A stretch of DNA of 46,691 nucleotides from a virus (taxonomy: Duplodnaviria > Caudoviricetes), in the IMG/VR virus record IMGVR_UViG_3300020445_000005, positions 1-46,691 of that record. The stretch is one strand, 5' to 3'. The notes below the pieces were generated by a model, which was not told the origin of the DNA, made no database searches, and saw only the letters and a program-made list of their open reading frames with translations. Position 1 is the first letter of the stretch. Every line of letters begins with the position of its first letter. The position numbers were made by a program, and so were the translations under genes. Of the stretch, positions 9,399 through 16,644 are shown piece by piece.

Positions 9399-9411
9399 TA
9401 AGGAGAAAAAT

Positions 9412-10515
9412 ATGTTGGAAGCACTGAAATCACTTTTTGAAAACAACGCAATTTCAGAAGAAATCAGAGCAGACATCCAAGAAGCATGGGACAAACAGAT
9501 TGCTGAAAACAAGCTGAATGTTACTGCTGAACTTCGTGAAGAGTTCGCTAAAAAATACGAACATGATAAAGCTACTATGGTTGAAGCAATTGATTCCATG
9601 GTGACAACAAAACTTCAAGAAGAAATTTCCGAGTTCGCTGAAGACAGAAAACAATTAGCAGAAGCAAGAGCCAAATATGCTGTTGCTATGCGTGAAAACG
9701 CAGGATTGTTAAAAGGTTTTGTATTTGAACAGTTGAAAAAGGAAGTGGGTGAGTTACATGAAGACCAAAAAGTAATGTCAGATAAGTTTGGCAAACTTGA
9801 GGAATTCGTTGTAGAAGCTCTAGCTAAAGAAATCGCAGAGTTCCACGAAGATAAAAAAGACTTGGCTGAAACTAAAGTAAGATTAGTTAGAGAAGCCAAA
9901 GAACACTTGACAAAAGTACGCAAGTCTTTTGTTGAGAAAAGTGCAAAAATTGTATCTGAAGGAGTTAGTAAAAAACTTACAAGTGAAATTACTCAACTTA
10001 AAGAAGATATTGATTCAGCACGTAAGAATGATTTTGGTCGCAAAATTTTCGAAACGTTTGCAGGCGAGTATGCAAATAGCTACTTAAACGAAAAATCTGA
10101 AACAGCTAAACTTTTAAAAGTTGTAGACGTTAAAGAAAAAGCAGTTGAAGAAGCTAAAGCAGAAGTCGAAGAAGTTAAGAAAATCGTCGAGAGTAAAGAC
10201 GCAGAAATTAATAAAATTTCTGATGCGGCTAAACGTAAAGAAGTAATGCACGAATTAACTGGACCTTTGAGCAAGGACCAGCGTGAGATTATGGTAGACT
10301 TACTGGAAAATGTACAAACAGATGGTTTGAGAAAAGCATTTGATAAGTATATTCCGGCAGTAATTGACGGTAAAACTCCAGCGAAGAAGAAGGCGACATT
10401 AACAGAGTCAGAGGCAAAAGAAATCACAGGCAATAAAGAATCTAACGTTAGTAGAGTAAGTCAAGAAGAGAATAATAATATTATTCACATTCAAAAACTT
10501 GCTGGATTGAAATAA
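9412..10515 (+). CDS. g22: Prohead core scaffold protein (T4 gp22-like)
   Basis: 367-aa Glu/Lys-rich coiled coil between the protease and the capsid gene. Confidence 0.8.
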   Translation: MLEALKSLFENNAISEEIRADIQEAWDKQIAENKLNVTAELREEFAKKYEHDKATMVEAIDSMVTTKLQEEISEFAEDRKQLAEARAKYAVAMRENAGLLKGFVFEQLKKEVGELHEDQKVMSDKFGKLEEFVVEALAKEIAEFHEDKKDLAETKVRLVREAKEHLTKVRKSFVEKSAKIVSEGVSKKLTSEITQLKEDIDSARKNDFGRKIFETFAGEYANSYLNEKSETAKLLKVVDVKEKAVEEAKAEVEEVKKIVESKDAEINKISDAAKRKEVMHELTGPLSKDQREIMVDLLENVQTDGLRKAFDKYIPAVIDGKTPAKKKATLTESEAKEITGNKESNVSRVSQEENNNIIHIQKLAGLK

Positions 10516-10525
10516 GGAGAAAACA

Positions 10526-11692
10526 ATGTCAGAACTACTAGAAAGTCGCTGGCAGGATACCAAAACTGCTCTTTTAGAAGGCCTTAATGGCAACAAAAAA
10601 GCTGTAATGGCAAGTACTCTAGAAAACACACGCAAGTGGTTGAATGAGACTGCAACAGCTGGTTCTACAAGCGCCGGTAATGTAGCAACTCTAAATAGAG
10701 TTATCCTACCAGTAATCAGAAGGGTCATGCCTACTGTAATAGCCAACGAATTAGTTGGTGTACAGCCTATGACAGGACCAGTGGGTCAAATCCACACATT
10801 AAGAGTACGTTACGCAGATTCATCTGATGGTAACGAAGTTGGTGAAGAAGCATTATCACCATTTAAGATCGCGGCGGCATATTCAGGTAACGCCACTGAC
10901 GCAACACCAAAAGGTGGAGCAACAGCGGCACTTGAAGGTCAAGCAGGTAAGAGATTATCTATCCAGATCTTAAAGCAAACTGTCGAAGCAAAAACTAGAA
11001 AGCTATCAGCTAGATGGACTTTTGAAGCGGCACAAGATGCTCAAGCACAGCAAGGCATCGATATTGAAGCAGAAATTATGGCGGCATTAGCCCAAGAAAT
11101 TACTGCTGAGATCGATCAAGAAGTATTAGCTTCTTTAAGAGCTTTAGCTGGAACGCAAAACCAACAAGCATACGACCAGAACGCTGTAAGCGGTACTGCA
11201 ACATTCGTAGGTGATGAACACGCGGCTTTGGCTGTGATGATCAACCGTGTTGCTAACAACATCGCACAGAGAACTAGACGTGGTGCTGGTAACTATGCTG
11301 TGGTATCACCACACGCATTAACTATCCTACAATCTGCAACAACTTCAGCGTTCGCAAGAACTACTGAAGGTGCATTTGAGGCTCCTACAAATACTAAAAT
11401 GGTTGGAACATTAAATTCAGCTATGAAAGTATATGTAGATTCATATGCCACTGATGCAACAGCAGTATTAGTTGGATACAAAGGTTCAAGTGAATCAGAC
11501 GCACCTGCGTTCTACTGCCCTTACATTCCTTTAATGTCAAGTGGCGTAGTACTAGATCCGTCTAGCTTTGAACCAGTAGTAAGTTTCATGACTAGATACG
11601 GATATGTTGAGTTAAACAACACAGCATCTTCACTAGGTAATGCGGCTGACTACTTAGGTACAGTTACTATTGCGAACGTAACTTTTAGCTAA
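10526..11692 (+). CDS. g23: Major capsid protein (T4 gp23 family)
   Basis: Motifs IRRVMPT.IA.ELVGVQPMTGP.GQI..LR, VEAKTRKL.A.WT.E.AQD, EI.AEID.E, IA.RTRRGAGN, GYKGS.E.DA..FYCPYIPL, FMTRYG. Confidence 0.96.
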   Translation: MSELLESRWQDTKTALLEGLNGNKKAVMASTLENTRKWLNETATAGSTSAGNVATLNRVILPVIRRVMPTVIANELVGVQPMTGPVGQIHTLRVRYADSSDGNEVGEEALSPFKIAAAYSGNATDATPKGGATAALEGQAGKRLSIQILKQTVEAKTRKLSARWTFEAAQDAQAQQGIDIEAEIMAALAQEITAEIDQEVLASLRALAGTQNQQAYDQNAVSGTATFVGDEHAALAVMINRVANNIAQRTRRGAGNYAVVSPHALTILQSATTSAFARTTEGAFEAPTNTKMVGTLNSAMKVYVDSYATDATAVLVGYKGSSESDAPAFYCPYIPLMSSGVVLDPSSFEPVVSFMTRYGYVELNNTASSLGNAADYLGTVTIANVTFS

Positions 11693-11723
11693 TCCATAGG
11701 GTTAGTTACTGAGTAACAACTTT

Positions 11724-11753
11724 AGATAGGCCCTTCGGGGCCTATCTTTTTTT
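11724..11753 (+). terminator. Rho-independent terminator after the capsid gene
   Basis: AGATAGGCCC-TTCG-GGGCCTATCT followed by a T run. Confidence 0.92.
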
Positions 11754-11758
11754 ATGGC

Positions 11759-11764
11759 TAAATA
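11759..11764 (+). promoter_or_regulatory. Late promoter core TAAATA upstream of the riboswitch
   Basis: Directly after the terminator and about 12 nt before riboswitch P1. Confidence 0.6.
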
Positions 11765-11774
11765 CTAGTACAAA

Positions 11775-11821
11775 ATCGTTCATCCTATCTAGGACGGAAG
11801 TAGCATAATGCGAAGGAACGC
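11775..11821 (+). ncRNA. Glutamine riboswitch aptamer (glnA RNA motif, glutamine-I class)
   Basis: P1 CGTTC/GAACG, P2 TCCT-ATCT-AGGA, linker CGGA, E-loop AGTA...GAA flanking P3 GCA-TAA-TGC. This matches the glnA-motif layout CGUUC...GGAAGUA...GAAGGAACGC as I recall it. Confidence 0.85.
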
Positions 11822-11848
11822 ACTCAAACTTTAACAGGGGAGGGTGTT

Positions 11849-12046
11849 ATGAACAGATTCGATCATTTACATAAACAGTACCGTGAGCAAAAACTGAGAG
11901 CTCGTAAAGAACGCATATTAGCGAACAGCAGAGATGTTGTTGAGGTTAATGGCAATGGTACTTCTGGATATCGTATCAAACACGGTGAAAACAAAGATCG
12001 TGTTGCCGGTCATTTAACGGTTGATCATCCAAATAAGAAAATATAA
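11849..12046 (+). CDS. Small basic protein (65 aa) downstream of the glutamine riboswitch
   Basis: GGAGG RBS; Arg/Lys-rich N-terminal helix. Confidence 0.75.
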   Translation: MNRFDHLHKQYREQKLRARKERILANSRDVVEVNGNGTSGYRIKHGENKDRVAGHLTVDHPNKKI

Positions 12047-12086
12047 CATTTTGGTAAACCTTTTTACAAATAATGGCATTTTTAGG

Positions 12087-12115
12087 TTGATTATTTGAAA
12101 AAGAGGTGTTATATT
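12087..12115 (+). promoter_or_regulatory. Sigma70-type promoter
   Basis: TTGATT (12087-12092), 17-nt spacer, TGn-extended TATATT (12110-12115), with an AT-rich upstream tract. Confidence 0.65.
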
Positions 12116-12120
12116 AGTAA

Positions 12121-12338
12121 TATAAGCATTAGGAGAGTAATTAACTCTTAATTATAGTGCAAGGAAGAGCCCTTTACCAGAAGGGGCGAACTTGACTGTC
12201 CAGGGGTGGTACCCAGGGTTTGTAGTAGAAATACGCAGATTCACATCGCATTCACTAGCGGGGATAGGTTGTACGTATTAGAATGGTATTCCGGTACGTG
12301 CTTGTAGGTGTAACCAAGTCCTACCTATTTTGCTTATA
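12121..12338 (+). ncRNA. Unidentified structured RNA, ~218 nt
   Basis: The ends pair (TATAAGCA / TGCTTATA). It contains several internal hairpins, is GC-richer than its flanks, starts at the expected TSS of the sigma70 promoter, and has no credible ORF. Confidence 0.6.
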
Positions 12339-12367
12339 CTTTCCAAACCCACTTCCAATAACTTTGA

Positions 12368-12467
12368 TAAATACTTGTGTCTATAGAGCGAGCCGCATTA
12401 AAAGGATTTTAACGGCGGACTTATGGGGACAGAACCCCGTAGACCTAGAACGTCAAAGGAGAAACAA
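12368..12467 (+). promoter_or_regulatory. Late promoter core plus structured 5' leader
   Basis: TAAATA at 12368-12373; stems GTCTAT/GTAGAC, CCGC..TTAAAA/TTTTAA..GCGG and GGGG-ACAGAA-CCCC precede the AAGGAG RBS. Confidence 0.5.
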
Positions 12468-12914
12468 ATGGGAAGACCAATTAATAAAAGATTTTTCGGA
12501 ACACCTACAGCAGGTGGAAACGAAATAAAAGTAGACTTTCATGATGGCTCAGCTGTTACTGAAGGTTATATCGTTAAACAATTAGGATCAAAAAAGTTCC
12601 GTGTTAAAGAAATCGGTGGCTCAACAGAGTACGATCGTTTTTTAACTACAGGTAAATTAGCTTCTGCACTTACAGGTACAGAAATGGCTATTACTGTAAA
12701 AGGTGACGACAACGAAACTTATCAAATTGAAAAGATTGCAGGTAGAAAAGCTACTGTGATTGCACCAGATGGTACAGGTTCAAATGCACTATCAGGAACA
12801 TCATTATCTTGGACATTTACAGCATCTGGTTCAGATGGAGCGGCACAGGTTGAAGAAGCTGGTGACGATGACACTAAAGCAGGTACTGATGATGACGATT
12901 TCGCAAATGCGTAA
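12468..12914 (+). CDS. Hypothetical virion-associated protein (148 aa, MGRPINKRFFG...)
   Basis: The AAGGAG RBS precedes the ATG at 12468 rather than 12423. It has its own late promoter and a downstream UUCG hairpin. Confidence 0.7.
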   Translation: MGRPINKRFFGTPTAGGNEIKVDFHDGSAVTEGYIVKQLGSKKFRVKEIGGSTEYDRFLTTGKLASALTGTEMAITVKGDDNETYQIEKIAGRKATVIAPDGTGSNALSGTSLSWTFTASGSDGAAQVEEAGDDDTKAGTDDDDFANA

Positions 12915-12923
12915 TTAGTTTGT

Positions 12924-12953
12924 TTGTGGGGGCTTCGGTCCCCGCAACACTTT
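12924..12953 (+). terminator. cUUCGg hairpin (weak terminator or stabiliser)
   Basis: TTGTGGGGGC-TTCG-GTCCCCGCAA with only a short T run. Confidence 0.6.
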
Positions 12954-12967
12954 AAGGAAAATTGTAA

Positions 12968-13939
12968 ATGGCAAAGAATTTAGTAGTAGACGGCGATTAT
13001 AGAATCAAGACACAGGATTCAGGAACAATCTTCTTGGATACAGGGACTCAGATCGGTCAAGTTTATATGACTGGTAACCTTGTTGTCAAAGGTAATACAA
13101 CATCCGTTGAAGCTACTGACCTTGCTTTAAAAGATAATATTATTGAAGTTAACTCAGGAGAACAGGGTGCAGGTGTTACACTTGGTACTGCTGGTATTCA
13201 AGTTGACAGAGGTAGTTTAGTTGATACGCAAATTGTTTTTGATGAAAGTGTAAGTTGGAATGATCCAGTTACAAATACAATCAAGACAGGTGCGTTTAAA
13301 TTAAGAGATGTTAACGGTGGTAACATTGGACTAGAAGTTAGAAGTATTGCAACAGGTGGTGCTGACTTATTTTTAATTAATGCTGGTACAGGTGTTATAA
13401 GTGTTAGCGGAACTAACTCATATGAAAATCAAATTACTGATGACGATGATATTCCTAATAAAAAATATGTAGACGTTGCTATTGCGGCTCAGGTTGCCGC
13501 GGCAGACTTCCAGAAAATTAGAGATGGAAGTGTAAGTCATACAGAGATGGTTGTTGAAGATTTTGAAACTTCAGGAAATCCAAGTCAAGCAAGAGTTACA
13601 GTTGATGGAAACAATCACGTTACATTTTGGGATAACAGAACTGAGTTACACGATTTAAGAATAACAGGTTCAACAATTCAAACTACTACTAGTGGTTCTG
13701 ATTTAACGTTATCTGCTCCAGGAACAGGTTCAGTAGTTATTGACGACCAATTACAAATTTTAACAACACCTAGTCCAGATGATGCTAGTGTAGATCCAGC
13801 ACAACCAACAGATGGTTTAAAGATTTATGCTAAGACTCAAGGCGTAGGTAAGACAGGCTTATATTATGTAAATAGTAATAATGTAAGAGACGAAATAATA
13901 AGTAAAAACAGATCATTGCTTTTAAGCATGATCTTTTAA
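12968..13939 (+). CDS. Virion structural/fibre-like protein (323 aa)
   Basis: Beta-rich fibre-type motifs (GNLVVKGNTT, DNIIEVN, AGIQVDRG, IPNKKYVD) and a hydrophobic C-terminus (SLLLSMIF). Confidence 0.6.
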   Translation: MAKNLVVDGDYRIKTQDSGTIFLDTGTQIGQVYMTGNLVVKGNTTSVEATDLALKDNIIEVNSGEQGAGVTLGTAGIQVDRGSLVDTQIVFDESVSWNDPVTNTIKTGAFKLRDVNGGNIGLEVRSIATGGADLFLINAGTGVISVSGTNSYENQITDDDDIPNKKYVDVAIAAQVAAADFQKIRDGSVSHTEMVVEDFETSGNPSQARVTVDGNNHVTFWDNRTELHDLRITGSTIQTTTSGSDLTLSAPGTGSVVIDDQLQILTTPSPDDASVDPAQPTDGLKIYAKTQGVGKTGLYYVNSNNVRDEIISKNRSLLLSMIF

Positions 13940-13948
13940 GGATAAAAA

Positions 13949-14281
13949 ATGGCAATAGCACAAGCGGCAATAGGAAATACAGATACAGTAGTTTTAACTG
14001 TACCGGCAAGTACTGAATATGCAATTACAACTATTATGGTTTGTAATCATGCAGGCTTTAACGCAGGTGGCACTAATGATACGTCATTCGATTTACACTT
14101 TGTAAAGAGTGGACAAGCAAAGTCCAACACTAACATGGTTGTAAAAGAAATTCCAGTACCAGGTGGAGAAACATTTACACTTGATACTGAGAAAGTTATC
14201 TTAGAAGCAGGCGATAAAGTAACAGTATTAGGTCAAGCACCGTTGAATCTAGCAATTACTGTAAGTTATTTGGTAGTATAA
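13949..14281 (+). CDS. Small beta-rich virion protein, paralog 1 of 3
   Basis: VLTVPA...ITTIMVCN...EKVILEAGD pattern shared with 18124 and 30540. Confidence 0.65.
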   Translation: MAIAQAAIGNTDTVVLTVPASTEYAITTIMVCNHAGFNAGGTNDTSFDLHFVKSGQAKSNTNMVVKEIPVPGGETFTLDTEKVILEAGDKVTVLGQAPLNLAITVSYLVV

Positions 14282-14282
14282 T

Positions 14283-14786
14283 ATGAGATTTCTACGTAGA
14301 CAGTCAACAAACAGTCGTGGTCTTTACGGACAAGATGATATCCGTAGGGATATTAACGGCCAAGTTGTACTTGATAGTACAGATATGTTGATGGTTCCTA
14401 AAGGCACAGCGGCACAAAAAGTTACTAGCCCAGTAAACGGCCATATGAGATACAACACAGATACAAATGTATTTGAAAACTACCAAGGTGGTAGTTGGGC
14501 ACCTATTAGAAGATTTGAACCAGCTAGTATCGTTATGCAAAGTTTAGGTAACGGTAATGATGTTGAAACAAAATTTGGTCCATTAAACAATGGAGACACA
14601 TATAATCCAACACCAGCGGCGGCACAAAATTTAATTGTACTAATTGAAAACGTATTTCAACTTCCAACAACTAACTACACACTAGAACAAAACCCAGGCG
14701 GATATGCCGCAGGTTGGTATGTAGTATTTGGTACAGCAGTACCAACAGGAAAACCAGTTACGGTTCTCCACAACTTTGACAAGTAA
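14283..14786 (+). CDS. Virion/fibre protein (167 aa)
   Basis: VPKGTAAQ...GHMRYNT...FENY...W module shared with 15030 and 16645. Confidence 0.6.
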   Translation: MRFLRRQSTNSRGLYGQDDIRRDINGQVVLDSTDMLMVPKGTAAQKVTSPVNGHMRYNTDTNVFENYQGGSWAPIRRFEPASIVMQSLGNGNDVETKFGPLNNGDTYNPTPAAAQNLIVLIENVFQLPTTNYTLEQNPGGYAAGWYVVFGTAVPTGKPVTVLHNFDK

Positions 14787-14998
14787 TGTCTGAAAACGGT
14801 ATATCACACAAACAATACAAAAGACAAAGACAAGAAGCAAAGTTAAAACTTGCGGCAGAGAAACGTGCGGCAACGGGCAAAAGATCTACACTTAAAAAAG
14901 GTAATATGCCTACACTATATACACCAAGCAATAACGACTCTAGTAACACTAAAAAAATCACAACAGGTACTTTAAAAACTGGCCGTCCTTGGATATAG
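14786..14998 (+). CDS. Small very basic protein (70 aa)
   Basis: TAATG stop/start overlap with the previous gene; Lys/Arg-rich; ends in GRPW. Confidence 0.6.
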   Translation: MSENGISHKQYKRQRQEAKLKLAAEKRAATGKRSTLKKGNMPTLYTPSNNDSSNTKKITTGTLKTGRPWI

Positions 14999-15029
14999 TA
15001 TTCCGCTAAATATAGTATAGGAGTACAAT

Positions 15030-16502
15030 ATGGCAATAGCTAGAATATCAGGTCCATTATTAGCGGCGAATCTAAAGAGAACGCAGTCTAATCTTGCGTT
15101 TGAAACTGATCTTTTATACATTGGTGCGTTGAATGACAGAATAGGTATTAAGACTAGTTCACCTGCATCTACCTTTAACATTAATGGTCAAATTAATGCT
15201 CCTAGTACATACGCAACAAACTATTACGCAGGTAACTTACATATTGATACTGATGGTGTTCGTGCAGTAGTAGGAGATATAAACTTAAATGCTGTAGAAA
15301 AAATTAAAATAGATAATTTAAAAACTACAGGCGTTCGTAAATTACAGATTAATAATAATGACATTATGTCGTTTGAAAATAATGATGACATTGTTTTTAA
15401 TCCTAATCAAAGTGGTGTTACAAACTTTTTAAAAGATACAAATGTTAATGGTAACGTAAGTGCAACAGGAAACGTTGTTGTTCCAGGTAACGTTACAGCA
15501 GGTGGTAACTTTGATTTAGGTAATCAATCAACTGATACAGTTGACTTTGATTTTGTAAAATTTACACAAGATTTAGTTCCAAGAAGAACTGAAGATTTAT
15601 TAAGTTTAGGTAGTGCTACAAAACGTTGGAATGATATTAATGCTGGAATGTTAGACGTTGGCGATATTAATATTGATACTAATGTTATAACTACAAAATC
15701 ATTTAATAGTAATTTCTATATTAGACCATCAGGTACTGGTGCTATTGTAGTTGAAGATTTACGTTTTAGTGCAAATGTTTTATCATCTACAGGTTCTAAT
15801 GATATAGAATTTGCACCAGGTGGCCAAGATATAGGAATAACTGCTACGGGATCTTTAAAAGTTCCGGCTGGTACAGAAGCTCAAAGACCGTCAACAGCAA
15901 CTGATGTACGTTTTAATACTACAACTAACTTCTTTGAATTATTTTCAACTGCATATACTCCTTTAAGAGGTATATGGAGTGAAGATAGAAACACTTATGT
16001 ATTAGCAAATGTTGACAATAGCTTTAGTTTTGTTACAAACGGTCAAACAAATACTACTTTAACAGCAGATGGATTAGTAACAAATAAACTAATTTCACAA
16101 GATAATATTACTATTGATAATGCTAATATTACAAGTGCTTCAACAAACGCAAATATAGTTCTTACAGCAAACGGAACCGGTACAGTTAATATAGGTAGCT
16201 TTAAAATTAACGGAAATTTAATTCAAAATACAGGTGCTGGTGACTTTGTTTTTAACCATGCTGGAAACGGTGATTTAGGTGTTTTAAAATTTGGCGGAAC
16301 TGGCGGTTTTGTTATACCAGCAGGATCACTTGCTGACAGACCTGCAGGTGTTGACGTTGGTGCAACACGTTATAATACTACATTAAGATACTTGGAAACT
16401 TGGGAAGGTACTGAGTGGGCCAACGTATCAGGTGCTGGAGATTCTGTAACAGAAGAGTATATGCAGGAACTTGTTAATATCTATACCTTAGCACTGGGTT
16501 AA
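15030..16502 (+). CDS. Tail fibre-like protein, paralog A (490 aa)
   Basis: TAAATA at 15007 and AGGAG RBS; repeated NI.L..NG.G.V and P.GT.AQRP...RYNT modules; N-terminus nearly identical to 16645. Confidence 0.7.
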   Translation: MAIARISGPLLAANLKRTQSNLAFETDLLYIGALNDRIGIKTSSPASTFNINGQINAPSTYATNYYAGNLHIDTDGVRAVVGDINLNAVEKIKIDNLKTTGVRKLQINNNDIMSFENNDDIVFNPNQSGVTNFLKDTNVNGNVSATGNVVVPGNVTAGGNFDLGNQSTDTVDFDFVKFTQDLVPRRTEDLLSLGSATKRWNDINAGMLDVGDINIDTNVITTKSFNSNFYIRPSGTGAIVVEDLRFSANVLSSTGSNDIEFAPGGQDIGITATGSLKVPAGTEAQRPSTATDVRFNTTTNFFELFSTAYTPLRGIWSEDRNTYVLANVDNSFSFVTNGQTNTTLTADGLVTNKLISQDNITIDNANITSASTNANIVLTANGTGTVNIGSFKINGNLIQNTGAGDFVFNHAGNGDLGVLKFGGTGGFVIPAGSLADRPAGVDVGATRYNTTLRYLETWEGTEWANVSGAGDSVTEEYMQELVNIYTLALG

Positions 16503-16513
16503 TATCCAAAACG

Positions 16514-16644
16514 TATAAATACATATAACATAAGACAAGACCATCTGAGGGAGAGAAGCCCGAAGACGTTTTATGGGACAAACCGTGGTTATCCAGCGAT
16601 GTAATTAGGGTAGAGGGACAGGATCCCCGTATTAGGAGAAAAAG
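16514..16644 (+). promoter_or_regulatory. Late promoter TATAAATA plus ~120-nt purine-rich leader
   Basis: TATAAATA at 16514-16521; CATAAGAC/GTTTTATG stem; GGGACAGGATCCCCGTA just before the AGGAG RBS. Confidence 0.5.

Noticed and set aside
12121-12338. Identification of the RNA as RNase P, tmRNA, tRNA or a group I intron
   Set aside because: There is no GAGGAAAGUC or matching P4 partner, no tRNA-like ends or T-loop, and no interrupted gene or clear intron core.
12423-12467. Longer start for the 163-aa ORF
   Set aside because: This ATG lies inside a leader hairpin without an RBS; AAGGAG supports 12468.
12283-12528. 81-aa plus-strand ORF
   Set aside because: It overlaps the structured RNA, a late promoter and the next gene in another frame, and has no good RBS.
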